Of a stretch of DNA of 64,000 nt, positions 51,901 to 63,844 are shown in pieces (position 1 is the stretch's first letter; the number at the start of each line of letters is the position of its first letter). A program made the position numbers and the translations under genes. Source of the stretch: Nitrospirota bacterium. Its GTDB lineage: Bacteria; Nitrospirota; Thermodesulfovibrionia; Thermodesulfovibrionales; Dissulfurispiraceae. Under the pieces are notes generated by a model. It made no database searches, was not told the origin of the DNA, and worked only from the letters and a program-made list of their open reading frames with translations. The stretch is from positions 128,001 through 192,000 of the forward strand of contig JBFMCP010000002.1 in assembly GCA_040754455.1 (NCBI GenBank), in the 5' to 3' direction.

Positions 51901-52371
51901 ATGCGTATAGGTATCGGCTACGATTCACATCGACTTGTTGAGGGCAGAAAGCTCATTATCGGCGGGGTGGATATCCCTTTTGAAAAGGGACTGCTCGGCC
52001 ACTCCGATGGCGATGTGCTGTGCCACGCAATTATCGATGCGCTCATCGGCGCGCTCGGTGAAGGGGATATAGGAAAGCATTTTCCTGATACCGACAACCG
52101 ATGGAAAGATGCATCGAGCATTATGCTGCTCAGGCATATTGTCAATATGGTGAAGTCAAAGGGCTTCGAAATCCAGTGGATCGATGCCGTCATCATCACT
52201 GAAAGACCCAAAATGGCCCCTCATATCGATTTCATGAAAGCTGCGATTGAACAGGCCGGCATTCTCCCCTCGGTGATCAACATCAAGGCAAAGACGAATG
52301 AAGGAATGGGGTTCATCGGCAAAGAGGAGGGTATTGTCTCGCAGGCGGTATGCCTTATAAAGCAGATATAA
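51901..52371 (+). CDS. ispF: MECDP synthase
   Basis: RIGIGYDSH, GHSDGDVLCHA, GDIGKHFPD, KAKTNE. Confidence 0.97.
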   Translation: MRIGIGYDSHRLVEGRKLIIGGVDIPFEKGLLGHSDGDVLCHAIIDALIGALGEGDIGKHFPDTDNRWKDASSIMLLRHIVNMVKSKGFEIQWIDAVIITERPKMAPHIDFMKAAIEQAGILPSVINIKAKTNEGMGFIGKEEGIVSQAVCLIKQI

Positions 52372-52492
52372 CCTAATCACGATCTCAACTTCAGACCAGC
52401 AATCCATCTTTATACAGAGCTGTCCTCTTCTCTCGTCTTTCACTACACTCACTTTTTCATTTCGGATAGTATCATGAAGAAAATTAGACAAT

Positions 52493-52526
52493 AAAAAAGG
52501 GCGGGTCTTGCGACCCGCCCTTTTAT
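52493..52526. terminator. Bidirectional terminator between ispF and the porin gene
   Basis: AAAAAAGGGCGGGTC-TTGC-GACCCGCCCTTTT. Confidence 0.85.
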
Positions 52527-52552
52527 GTTACGCGTTGCCGCGTGACTGGTAA

Positions 52553-53968
52553 TTAGAAGCTGAGCTCGATACCGTGCCTTACAGCATAGGCATCATCATC
52601 AGTTGTTCCGCCAGTGATTGCTTTGACAGCATCGCCGGCGAAGAGGTAACCGCCCTCAACCCAGTAAACGAGGTTGCGGTCGATCTTGTAGGTGATCTTT
52701 CCGTCAACTTCGATACCTAAATCCTTGTCATTGTTTGTTGCGGTGATATCTTCAGATGCTCTCAGGTAATAAACGTTCACGAGAGCATTGAGGTCCTTCA
52801 TGATATCAGCGGAAGCACCAACTTTGATATACCAGGTATTGGTAATACCGGAGTTGTTGGGGCCACCTGCAGTTGCTGTGCGGTAGTCATATACATAGGT
52901 GTACTTCTGGATACCGCTCTGAAGAGTCTGGAATCCATCAATATCATCATCAGCATCAGCGTCAGGATCGTTACCGCTACCATAAGCATACTCGAGGGTG
53001 AGCTTTACCGGAGCAAGGGTGTAGTCAATGCCTACGAGGTAAGCATAGCCACTATAATCCCGATCCTGTGCTCCTGCTGCTTCACCTTCAAGCGTACCTC
53101 TCTGCAACTCAACATCGGCCCTGATGCCGAAGCCGGCAATCTTGGTCTGGCCTCTCAGGCCAAAGTTCCAGAGATGGCTGTCATTCTGCTCAGCCGGATC
53201 TACTGTAGAAACGAGTGAGTTCTGCACATCGATGTAGGTAGCATCGAAGCCGATGCTGGTATCTTTGTTGAGGTTGTAGCTGAGCAGCAATGAATAGAGG
53301 TCGCCGTCGTTGCTTGATATCCTTCTGTTGTTTGTTAATGTGCTACCAGTTAATCCAACCTGACCAGCACCCTCTGAGAGTTTTGCTGTCAGGAACTCGA
53401 CATGGAGATCTTTCATAGGATCAATGAAGACGTTGATTGCATCATCACCGAACTTCGAGTGATCATAGAAGAGACCATAGCCGAGCTTGACCGGCATATG
53501 ACCGACCTTGAAGCCTGCAGGCACGCCGAGGAGGCCTGCACCCTTGTGCTGGATCCATGCTTCGAGAATGAAGAGTTCATTCTGTTTGAGGTTGCCAATG
53601 TTGTTAAATGCATATGAACCTTTGCCTTCACCAGCCGTGGTGCCCCACTCAACATCACTGCTGTTAGTACCTGTGCCATGCTCGAGGTGGACAACGCCGG
53701 TGGTGTTTTTCGAAACATCAGCCTGGAGGCGGAGTCTTACCCTCTGATCATAGTAAGAGAGACGATCGGTATCGTCATCGTCAAAATCAAGAGTATTGTC
53801 CTGAACCTCACCTCTTACTCTGATGCTACCGCCCAGGGTGAGCTGGGTGGTGCCTTTTGCTACGACTGCCTGGGTCTCTGACGGGATGTCAGCGTGGACC
53901 GCGAAGGCACTCGCCGCAAAGCCAAGAACCAACATCATGCTTGCGACTACTGCTAAAATTTTTCTCAC
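52553..53968 (-). CDS. Outer-membrane beta-barrel porin (alginate-export-like)
   Basis: Signal peptide (ASAFA), amphipathic beta strands, YYDQRVRL, DLGIEVD, C-terminal Phe (GIELSF). Confidence 0.8.
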   Translation of the reverse strand: MRKILAVVASMMLVLGFAASAFAVHADIPSETQAVVAKGTTQLTLGGSIRVRGEVQDNTLDFDDDDTDRLSYYDQRVRLRLQADVSKNTTGVVHLEHGTGTNSSDVEWGTTAGEGKGSYAFNNIGNLKQNELFILEAWIQHKGAGLLGVPAGFKVGHMPVKLGYGLFYDHSKFGDDAINVFIDPMKDLHVEFLTAKLSEGAGQVGLTGSTLTNNRRISSNDGDLYSLLLSYNLNKDTSIGFDATYIDVQNSLVSTVDPAEQNDSHLWNFGLRGQTKIAGFGIRADVELQRGTLEGEAAGAQDRDYSGYAYLVGIDYTLAPVKLTLEYAYGSGNDPDADADDDIDGFQTLQSGIQKYTYVYDYRTATAGGPNNSGITNTWYIKVGASADIMKDLNALVNVYYLRASEDITATNNDKDLGIEVDGKITYKIDRNLVYWVEGGYLFAGDAVKAITGGTTDDDAYAVRHGIELSF

Positions 53969-54207
53969 TTCCTAACCCTCCTATGGTTAGTTCAGTATGG
54001 ACCGCCAAAGGCGGTGTACAGCAAAATGAAGATCGTAAAAACTGAGTAGTCAGAATCTGAGAACCGGACTTTGTTTCCTTCACCTCCCATGGGTGATCAT
54101 CCAGTTGCTAAAGACCGGGAAAGACAAGCTTGAAAGTTGAACGTACAATAGAAGGTTTATACCATTTCGTACACTATGCCTGTCAAGCAAAAAATAGCTT
54201 TCAGCTA

Positions 54208-54567
54208 TCAGCGGTCAGCCGTCAGCTTTTGAATAAAAGAAGTCAGCATACGTTTAACCTCGACGACCTCTCCAGCAAGCGTTTCATAATCAGACACTTG
54301 CAATAAGCCAAGATCATGTGAGAGTAATAAGTGATATTCAAGTTCGCTTGCCGAGCCGAATGCTATCTGGAGAAAGCGAGCGAATTCGATCTCACTGCTT
54401 CTTCCGCAACCTTCCGCAATATTGGCAGAAATAGAGCCGCTTGCTCGGCGGATCTGGCTTGTTAAGCCATACATTTCTTCCCTTGGGAATGTTACAGTGG
54501 CTTTGTAAACCGCCAATGTCAATTGATGGCTTTTTTGCCAGACTTTCAATTCTTTAAAATCTCTCAA
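54208..54567 (-). CDS. Four-helix-bundle protein (23S rRNA IVP / bAvd-like family)
   Basis: FKELKVWQKS, FPREEMYGLTSQIRRAS.SI.ANIAEG, FL.IA.GS.SE; TTG start with AGGAG RBS. Confidence 0.92.
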   Translation of the reverse strand: MRDFKELKVWQKSHQLTLAVYKATVTFPREEMYGLTSQIRRASGSISANIAEGCGRSSEIEFARFLQIAFGSASELEYHLLLSHDLGLLQVSDYETLAGEVVEVKRMLTSFIQKLTADR

Positions 54568-54649
54568 ACAATGCTCCTGCTGATAGCTGATGGCTGAAAG
54601 CTGATTGCTTGATTATTGTCAAAGAGCCGTATAGTAGATACGGTACGTA

Positions 54650-54664
54650 GCAACTAGTATGCCA
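54650..54664 (-). promoter_or_regulatory. Sigma54 -24/-12 promoter
   Basis: Minus strand TGGCATACTAGTTGC (GG-N10-GC), facing the four-helix-bundle and porin genes. Confidence 0.7.
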
Positions 54665-54927
54665 TAGCCTCTGGTAGGCATAACTAATTGTAATTTTAGT
54701 GGTTATCTATCAAGTGGGTGTCAAAAATTTGTGGTTATTCTGCAACAATCTGTGAATTGCGGAAACATAGTCAATATATTGACAGGAGAGCAGCTATCAG
54801 ACTATATTTTGAAAAAGACTTTATAGAAAACGCTGTTTCTCTTTGTCCTTTGCTGATTGCTGACGGCTGATAGCTGATGGCTATTTGTATCTTCATTGAC
54901 CATTCAGACCACACCGATTTATAGTAA

Positions 54928-55503
54928 ATGAGGAAAACGCACATGGCGAAGGATTTCAAATATGATCAGGCGATCGCCAAATACACGAAGATCATAGAAT
55001 CGAACCCGGAGCATTACAGCGCCTACAACAACCGTGGGCTCGCCTATTTTAAAAAGGGCCTTCACCAACGTGCATTTGCCGATTTCGATAAAGCCATCGA
55101 GCTCAATCCCGCCTTCATCCCTGCCTACATCAACCGCGGCAATGCCCACCAGGAGCTGGGGCACTACGATGTAGCAATCGCCGATTTCAACAAGGCTATT
55201 GAGCTGGACCCCGGCAACGATATGGCCTACAACAACCGCGGGTTTACCTTTCTTTTGACGGGTCGCTATGCAGAGGCTGAAAGGGATATCGCAAAGGCGC
55301 TCGAGCTTAACCCGGACAATGTCTATGCATTGAACAGCATGGCTGAACTTTATGCCATGCGCAACGATGCGGCAGAGGCCTGCACGTGGTTGAAGCGGGC
55401 TTTGGAGAAAGGGTACACCAACTGGAGCTATATCAAAACCTCGAAGACATACAACAATATCCGCAGCGCGCCCTGCTTTATGGAGATAGTGAAGGGGAAA
55501 TAA
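54928..55503 (+). CDS. TPR-repeat protein
   Basis: Repeated AYNNRG...A.ADF.KAIEL.P 34-aa units. Confidence 0.9.
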   Translation: MRKTHMAKDFKYDQAIAKYTKIIESNPEHYSAYNNRGLAYFKKGLHQRAFADFDKAIELNPAFIPAYINRGNAHQELGHYDVAIADFNKAIELDPGNDMAYNNRGFTFLLTGRYAEAERDIAKALELNPDNVYALNSMAELYAMRNDAAEACTWLKRALEKGYTNWSYIKTSKTYNNIRSAPCFMEIVKGK

Positions 55504-55509
55504 TAGAGA

Positions 55510-55584
55510 TGGTGGGCGATGAGGGTATCGAACCCACGACCTCTTCCGTGTGAAGGAAGCGCTCTCCCACTGAGCTAATCGCCC
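55510..55584 (-). tRNA. tRNA-Val (CAC)
   Basis: GGGCGATTAGCTCAGTGGGAGAGCGCTTCCTT-CAC-ACGGAAGAGGTCGTGGGTTCGATACCCTCATCGCCCACCA; cloverleaf with encoded CCA. Confidence 0.96.
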
Positions 55585-55683
55585 GTCTTTACTATTATAA
55601 ACAAAATCGGCAGCGGATGGGGAAGTTTTGGTGCCCTTTCCGTTCGGCAAGAGATCACCGTGACCAAAAGGGAGATTAATTAA

Positions 55684-57543
55684 GTGCTGTCACACAAAGC
55701 AGATGAATTTCTGGGCGGGGCCATCGGAAGCGCCCTGGAGCACTACGAGCCCCGGCATTCGCAGCGGGCGATGATGAGCGCCTGTTCCCGGATTATTGAG
55801 GAAGGGGGCACCTTGCTGGCCGAGGCAGGCACTGGCACCGGCAAGACCTTTGCGTATCTTGTCCCGATCATACGCTCCGGGCAGAAGGCGATTGTCTCGA
55901 CCAGGACCATCAATCTCCAGGAGCAGATCGTTGCAAAGGACCTGAAGTTTCTTGCCGGCCTTACTCCCTTTGAGTATGTCATAGCAAAAGGCAGAGGCAA
56001 CTATCTCTGCCTGAGAAGACTCAATGCCTTCAGACCCTCGAACGAGCAGGAGACAGAAGAGTACAAGAGCCTGCTCAGATGGGCATCGGCGACAAAGAGC
56101 GGCGACAGGGAGGACTACGGATTTATCCGATTGATGATCTGGGATGAAGTCTGCTCGGATGCGGATGCCTGCAGTGCGTTGAAGTGCGGCTTTTTCAAGC
56201 AGTGCTTCTATTTCGGCGCGCGGCAGCAATGGGAAAAGGCCCGGATCATTGTGGCGAACCATGCGCTGGTCGGCATCAACGCCCTGCTGGAGCGTGATGT
56301 CCGCATGCTGCCCCAGGCCGAGGTGCTCGTCATCGATGAGGCCCATACACTCGACGGCGTGCTTTCGGAAATAGCCGGAGTGACCCTGACTGACAGGGGC
56401 TTTGACCGCATCTTCAACAAGCTGCTGAAGCTCGATGAGCGGGGAGTGTACAAGGGACTCCTCGGAAATTCTCCCCACCTCTTCCCAGCAGTTGAATCAC
56501 TGAGGACCGAAATGGGAATTCTCTGGATTCATGCCAGAAATGAGCTGAAGCACCGGGAGACGATCAAAGGGGAGTGCGTTCTGAAGGAGCGTATGCAGGC
56601 GCTCATAACATCCATCAACGAACTGATTGAAAAGGCCAGGACGACGGTGACGGGCCTCTTCAAGGAGGATGACGAACTGGAGCTCTCGGCAGCCCTCGGC
56701 AAGCTCAAGGCCTATGCCGAGGGAATGGAGGCCTTTTCCGAAGGTATGGCCGACTACGTCAGATGGGCTGATATTGAAGAGCGGCGGATTTCCCTTCGCA
56801 TGTCGCCCATCTACTCAAGGGAGCTCATGCGCAACAGCATCGTGCCGGAGCACCGGTCGATCATCCTCACCTCGGCCACACTTTCCGTATCCGGAGATTT
56901 CAGCTTTATTACGAACGTCCTCGGGCTTGACGGCGCCGAAACGCTCACTATCCCTTCTCCCTTCGATTTCCGCAAGCAGGTTGTTGTCGATATCAGAAAG
57001 GGAATAAATCTTAAGGAGGAGCGCAGCGCAGAGAAACTGTCGGCGGTCATTCTCGAGGAGGCGGCAAGAAGAGACGGCGGGGTGCTGGTGCTGTTCACTT
57101 CGCGAGAGGTTATGAAGAGGACCTGGGAGCTTTCAGCCGAAGCGCTCGGTATCATGGGCCTCAACCCGATGATGCAGGGAGAGCTGCCAAACCGGTTGAT
57201 GCTCGAAATTATGAGAGACAGCGATAACAGCGTCATCTTCGGTCTCGACTCTTTCTGGGAGGGCGTGGATGTCAAAGGCGATGCGCTCAAGTGCCTCATC
57301 ATCACCAAGCTCCCCTTCGAGGTGCCGACGGAGCCGATCGTAAAGGCGAGGAGCGAGGAGATTGAGAAGCGCGGTGAAAACCCCTTTTATGAATACGCGC
57401 TTCCCCGCGCAGTGCTCAAATTCAAGCAGGGGTTCGGGCGGCTGATCCGTTCGAAGCGGGACAGCGGAAGGGTCGTCATCTGCGATGAGCGGATAGAGAC
57501 CAAAGCCTACGGGCGCAAATTCATGGAGAGCATCTATAAATAA
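55684..57543 (+). CDS. DinG/YoaA family Fe-S helicase
   Basis: EAGTGTGKT, KGRGNYLC, Fe-S cysteines, IDEAH, TSATL, FWEGVDV, QGFGRLIR. Confidence 0.93.
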   Translation: MLSHKADEFLGGAIGSALEHYEPRHSQRAMMSACSRIIEEGGTLLAEAGTGTGKTFAYLVPIIRSGQKAIVSTRTINLQEQIVAKDLKFLAGLTPFEYVIAKGRGNYLCLRRLNAFRPSNEQETEEYKSLLRWASATKSGDREDYGFIRLMIWDEVCSDADACSALKCGFFKQCFYFGARQQWEKARIIVANHALVGINALLERDVRMLPQAEVLVIDEAHTLDGVLSEIAGVTLTDRGFDRIFNKLLKLDERGVYKGLLGNSPHLFPAVESLRTEMGILWIHARNELKHRETIKGECVLKERMQALITSINELIEKARTTVTGLFKEDDELELSAALGKLKAYAEGMEAFSEGMADYVRWADIEERRISLRMSPIYSRELMRNSIVPEHRSIILTSATLSVSGDFSFITNVLGLDGAETLTIPSPFDFRKQVVVDIRKGINLKEERSAEKLSAVILEEAARRDGGVLVLFTSREVMKRTWELSAEALGIMGLNPMMQGELPNRLMLEIMRDSDNSVIFGLDSFWEGVDVKGDALKCLIITKLPFEVPTEPIVKARSEEIEKRGENPFYEYALPRAVLKFKQGFGRLIRSKRDSGRVVICDERIETKAYGRKFMESIYK

Positions 57544-57579
57544 GCTCTCAGCAATCAGCTGATGGCTGAGAGCTTTTTT
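57542..57579 (+). terminator. Terminator hairpin built from TCAGC/GCTGA heptamers
   Basis: AAGCTCTCAGCAATCAG/CTGATGGCTGAGAGCTT followed by a T tract. Confidence 0.75.
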
Positions 57580-57702
57580 GCGATTGCCAAGCCGTCCTTT
57601 TTGCGATAGTCTTTAGTTATATATCAGTCTGCTACGTACTTTCCCGTGTAACGCTGGTACGACATGTCCTGATATCCCTGCTCTCATCAAGGAGGTGCCC
57701 CG

Positions 57703-59639
<1,937 letters not shown>

Positions 59640-59804
59640 CTCTGAGCATTATCAAGACCTGCGCTTTGAAATTTATGCAGTTGTTCTCCTCCTGCCTTTT
59701 TATTTCATTTCAAAATGTTTTGAAGTATACTTGATAAGGGAAACGGGACTGTTTCCCTGGAATGGCTGTTCAGGGAATGCTTACTATTCAAGGAGGAGAG
59801 AAGC

Positions 59805-61463
59805 GTGCTCGATACCATTAATCCTACACGGACACCGGCCTGGAAGAAGCTCAAAGAGCATTATGCAGTCATGAAGCGGAAACATATGAGAGACCTCTTT
59901 AAGAGGGATCCTGAGCGCTTTTCCCGCTTTTCGCTCAGCCTCAATGATATCACCGTCGATTATTCGAAAAATATCATCACCAGGGAGACCCTGCGCCTCC
60001 TGGTCGGGCTCGCCAGGGAATGCCGGGTGAAGCAGGCGATCGAGAAGATGTTCACCGGCGATATCATCAATGAGACGGAGCACCGGGCGGTGCTCCATGT
60101 GGCGCTGAGGAACCGTTCGAACACTCCCATCTACGTCAACGGCAGCGACGTGATGCCCGAAGTAAACGATGTACTGGCACAGATGGAACGCTTCTCAAAG
60201 AGCATTATCTCCGGCGAATGGAAAGGATATACAGGAAAGGCGATCACCGATATCGTCAATATCGGCATCGGCGGGTCGGACCTCGGCCCGCTCATGGTGA
60301 CCGAGGCATTAAAGCCGTACTGGAAGCCGCATATAAAGGCGCACTTCGTCTCGAATGTGGACGGGACGCATATCGCGGAGACCCTGAAAAAGGTAGCACC
60401 TGAAACCACCCTGTTCATGATCGCCTCGAAGACCTTTACCACCCAGGAGACCATGGCGAACGCCCATACGGCGCGGCAATGGTTCCTCGACGCGGCAAAG
60501 AGCGAGGCATTCATCAAGCGCCACTTCGTTGCGATATCGACCACTACGAAGGAGGTCGAGCGCTTCGGCATCGATCCGGAAAACATGTTCAGATTCTGGG
60601 ACTGGGTCGGCGGCAGGTATTCCCTCTGGTCGGCGATCGGCCTCTCGATCGCCTGCACCATAGGGTTCGAGCATTTCGTCGAGCTTCTGGAGGGCGCGCA
60701 TGATGCCGACCTCCATTTCAGGGAGTCGCCCTTCGAGAAAAATATTCCCGTACTCCTTGCGCTCATAGGAATATGGTATGTCGATTTCTTCGGCGCCGCC
60801 ACCGAGGCGATACTTCCCTATGACCAGTATCTGCATAAATTCCCCGCCTATTTTCAGCAGGGCAACATGGAGAGCAACGGGAAGAGCATCGACCGGAGCG
60901 GTCGCAAGGTGAGCTACCAGACCGGGCCGATCATCTGGGGAGAGTCGGGCACCAACGGGCAGCATGCCTTTTACCAACTCATCCATCAGGGGACGAGAAT
61001 GGTCCCCTGCGATTTCCTGGCACCTGCGATAAGTCACAACCCGATAGGCGAGCATCATGCCATGCTGCTGTCCAACTTCTTTGCGCAGACAGAGGCTTTG
61101 ATGAAAGGAAAAACGAGAGAAGAAGTCGTCGCTGAGCTGAAAGAGTCCGGAGCAAGCGATCAGGAGATAAAGAAACTCGCCCCTTTTAAAACCTTCGAAG
61201 GCAACAGGCCGACGAATTCGATACTCTTTCGAAAGCTGACGCCACGCACGCTCGGCAGCCTTATTGCCCTCTACGAGCACAAGATCTTCGTGCAGGGCGT
61301 GATCTGGAACATCTTCAGCTTCGATCAGTGGGGAGTGGAGCTCGGCAAGCAGCTCGCCAACAAGATTCTTCCCGAGCTCTCGGACAGCCGTCCGGTTGCC
61401 TCCCATGATGCGTCGACCAACGGCCTGATCAATACGTTCAAGAAATTAAGGTCATCATCATAA
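59805..61463 (+). CDS. pgi: Glucose-6-phosphate isomerase
   Basis: [44 protein letters not shown]. Confidence 0.97.
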   Translation: MLDTINPTRTPAWKKLKEHYAVMKRKHMRDLFKRDPERFSRFSLSLNDITVDYSKNIITRETLRLLVGLARECRVKQAIEKMFTGDIINETEHRAVLHVALRNRSNTPIYVNGSDVMPEVNDVLAQMERFSKSIISGEWKGYTGKAITDIVNIGIGGSDLGPLMVTEALKPYWKPHIKAHFVSNVDGTHIAETLKKVAPETTLFMIASKTFTTQETMANAHTARQWFLDAAKSEAFIKRHFVAISTTTKEVERFGIDPENMFRFWDWVGGRYSLWSAIGLSIACTIGFEHFVELLEGAHDADLHFRESPFEKNIPVLLALIGIWYVDFFGAATEAILPYDQYLHKFPAYFQQGNMESNGKSIDRSGRKVSYQTGPIIWGESGTNGQHAFYQLIHQGTRMVPCDFLAPAISHNPIGEHHAMLLSNFFAQTEALMKGKTREEVVAELKESGASDQEIKKLAPFKTFEGNRPTNSILFRKLTPRTLGSLIALYEHKIFVQGVIWNIFSFDQWGVELGKQLANKILPELSDSRPVASHDASTNGLINTFKKLRSSS

Positions 61464-61520
61464 ACAGCAACTCTACTAATGACCGCCGCGATAGCAAATT
61501 GCAGTCGTCGTTTTGTTGAA

Positions 61521-61551
61521 ATCCGCTGCGGGCTTCATGCCCGCAGCGGAT
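61521..61551. terminator. Hairpin between convergent genes
   Basis: ATCCGCTGCGGGC-TTCAT-GCCCGCAGCGGAT. Confidence 0.7.
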
Positions 61552-61590
61552 AGTTCTGTTGTGTTCCTTTTGTAATCCGGCGTACTTGCC

Positions 61591-63444
61591 TCAGAATGCA
61601 CTTTTCAGTTTGATCTCATCAACCATTCCGCTGCCGCGGATGAGGAAGCCGTTGACGCTCAGGATGGTCACTCCCGGCTGGGCGGCCTTCAGGTCAGCCT
61701 GGAGATCACGGGTGAAGGTTTGCCATACGCCGTTGCGGGCGCCGGTGCCGAGCCCGTAGTGTACGTATTCGCCGGTGCCGCGGTTGCTGTAGCTTACCGG
61801 TGTGTAGGTGAGATAGCGGTGCCCTGCCGTAGTCTCCACATCAATGTAGATCGTAAAGTCCGACGAGTATTTCATGCTCCATTCGATGACAAACTGGCTG
61901 GTGTTGTTCCACGGAGCAGCAGCGTCGCTCCTGAGTCGATAGCCGTTGGCCGTACCGCTGCCGCTCAACTGAATGACGCGGCTTTGACGTGCCGTATCGT
62001 AGACATTGGTGATTTTTGCTCCCGCGGGATCGTTGTCGTAAATGTCCCATCCCTTGATGGTACCGTCCTGGGCGTCTTCATATACCGTGGCCGCTTTCAT
62101 CAGCTTAATACCGTCGAGCAAACCGCTGCCGCGGATGAGGAAGCCGTTGACGCTCAGGATGGTCACTCCCGGCTGGGCGGCCTTCAGGTCAGCCTGGAGA
62201 TCACGGGTGAAGGTTTGCCATACGCCGTTGCGGGCGCCGGTGCCGAGCCCGTAGTGTACGTATTCGCCGGTGCCGCGGTTGCTGTAGCTTACCGGTGTGT
62301 AGGTGAGATAGCGGTGCCCTGCCGTAGTCTCCACATCAATGTAGATCGTAAAGTCTTCCGCATACTTCATGCTCCATTCGATGACAGACTGGCTGGTGTT
62401 GTTCCACGGGGTGTAATCATCATTTCTCAGCCGGTAACCGTTGGCCCGTCCCGCGCCGCTCAACTGAATGACGCGGCTTTGACGTGCCGTATCGTAGACA
62501 TTGGTGATTTTTGCTCCCGCGGGATCGTTGTCGTAAATGTCCCATCCCTTGATGGTACCGTCCTGGGCGTCTTCATACGCTGTGATGGTCGTGGCCTGGG
62601 GGGGGGCCGGAGGAGGGGGCGTCGTAGCAGCGAAGCTTGCTGCTATAGAGTGATGAGCTGTTACATTACTAAAGGTATAGGTATTGACGGCGCCGACCGA
62701 AACGCCATCGACCTTTACGTCGGCGATGAGGTACCCCGCATCGGGGGTAATGGTGAATGTTCCGCTTGCTCCCTGGGTAACCGATACTGTTCCTGAAGGG
62801 GTGATGGTCCCTCCGCTGCCTGCAGAAGCTGTTATCGAATAGGTAGTTGCCGGAGTGATATTGAATGTTGCGGTAATTGTCGTTGCTGCATTCATGGTGA
62901 CGGTGCATGTTCCGGTGCCAGTGCAGTTGCCTGACCATCCTGCAAAGGTCGAGCCTGTCGCCGGTGCAGCGGAGAGTGTCACGACCGTACCCTGATTGTA
63001 GGGTTCGGTGCAGTCGGTACCGCAGTTTATTCCCGTACCTGTTACGGTCCCTGTCCCTGTCCCGCTTTTGTTGACCGTAAGCGAATATTGCTGGGGAGCC
63101 GCAGGCGTTGTTTTTGCCACCATATTGGAATATCCGCTTTCGCCTCCTGCGGTGTTATAGGCAGTGGCGACGAAGTAATAGGTCGTTCCGGGGGCAAGGT
63201 TAGTGATCGTATATGTTGTTCTGTTGCCGACATCGACATACTGCGGATAGCTGCCCGACACTGTACTATAGTAGATCCTGTAGCCGGCAAGATCGGTGAT
63301 CGGTGTGCCGTCGCTATTGGTGGTCGGCGGGTTCCAGGCGAGCTGGATCTCGGCGGCGCTCGCTATGCCGGCAATAATAAACACGCACCAGAAGACTACT
63401 ATTGAGATTGCCGCACATCTTCTATTGTTCCGGTTTTTGCTCAT
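61591..63444 (-). CDS. Secreted modular protein: FN3, two InlB-B-repeat-like domains, Pro linker, two copies of a beta-sandwich-like domain
   Basis: Signal peptide (ASA-AE), LAW...LAGYRIYY...LAPGTTYYFVATAY, F.GWSG.C.GTG.C.VTM; 165-aa repeat x2. Confidence 0.8.
   Translation of the reverse strand: MSKNRNNRRCAAISIVVFWCVFIIAGIASAAEIQLAWNPPTTNSDGTPITDLAGYRIYYSTVSGSYPQYVDVGNRTTYTITNLAPGTTYYFVATAYNTAGGESGYSNMVAKTTPAAPQQYSLTVNKSGTGTGTVTGTGINCGTDCTEPYNQGTVVTLSAAPATGSTFAGWSGNCTGTGTCTVTMNAATTITATFNITPATTYSITASAGSGGTITPSGTVSVTQGASGTFTITPDAGYLIADVKVDGVSVGAVNTYTFSNVTAHHSIAASFAATTPPPPAPPQATTITAYEDAQDGTIKGWDIYDNDPAGAKITNVYDTARQSRVIQLSGAGRANGYRLRNDDYTPWNNTSQSVIEWSMKYAEDFTIYIDVETTAGHRYLTYTPVSYSNRGTGEYVHYGLGTGARNGVWQTFTRDLQADLKAAQPGVTILSVNGFLIRGSGLLDGIKLMKAATVYEDAQDGTIKGWDIYDNDPAGAKITNVYDTARQSRVIQLSGSGTANGYRLRSDAAAPWNNTSQFVIEWSMKYSSDFTIYIDVETTAGHRYLTYTPVSYSNRGTGEYVHYGLGTGARNGVWQTFTRDLQADLKAAQPGVTILSVNGFLIRGSGMVDEIKLKSAF
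61628..62577. repeat. Intragenic direct repeat, period 495 bp
   Basis: 61628-62082 versus 62123-62577, identical apart from a central patch. Confidence 0.95.
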
Positions 63445-63595
63445 TACTCACTCCTCATCGTTTATTTAGCTCTGACGCAAGCGAAACTATGGGTGTATTT
63501 TGAAGAACATTCAACGGGAAAATCTGTGATTGCAATCACGGCGTCTGATTTCTGAATGCAGAGCCCGTCCGTCCCCCTGCATTTGACAGAGCAAC

Positions 63596-63718
63596 TGTTT
63601 ACATTGGAAACAAACGGCGTTAAAAGCTTGAAAGGTAAGTACCCCGCAGTGTTTCCTTTGGATACACTTCAAGGAGAGAAACGCTTTTGCAAGGGTAAAG
63701 TGTTTCCTTTGGATACAC
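63596..63718. promoter_or_regulatory. Three TGT-N11-ACA enhancer-like sites
   Basis: TGTTTACATTGGAAACA (63596) and two identical GTGTTTCCTTTGGATACAC (63649, 63700). Confidence 0.7.
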
Positions 63719-63844
63719 CCCCGATGCTTTTATTCCGGAAAGTCTGACAATCCGTTCATGAGGGAGCGTCGAAAGAGTTTACAAAAATCTTTTTGTTTCA
63801 AGCTACTTACCTTGGGATTATTTTTCAATGCCTTGGTTCCCTTC

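Noticed and set aside
55510..55584. tRNA-Val as an integration site
   Set aside because: No integrase and no duplicated tRNA 3' end visible in the window.
63596..63718. CRISPR array (19-bp repeats with a 32-bp gap)
   Set aside because: Only two exact copies, too short, no cas genes; position and palindromy fit sigma54 enhancer sites.
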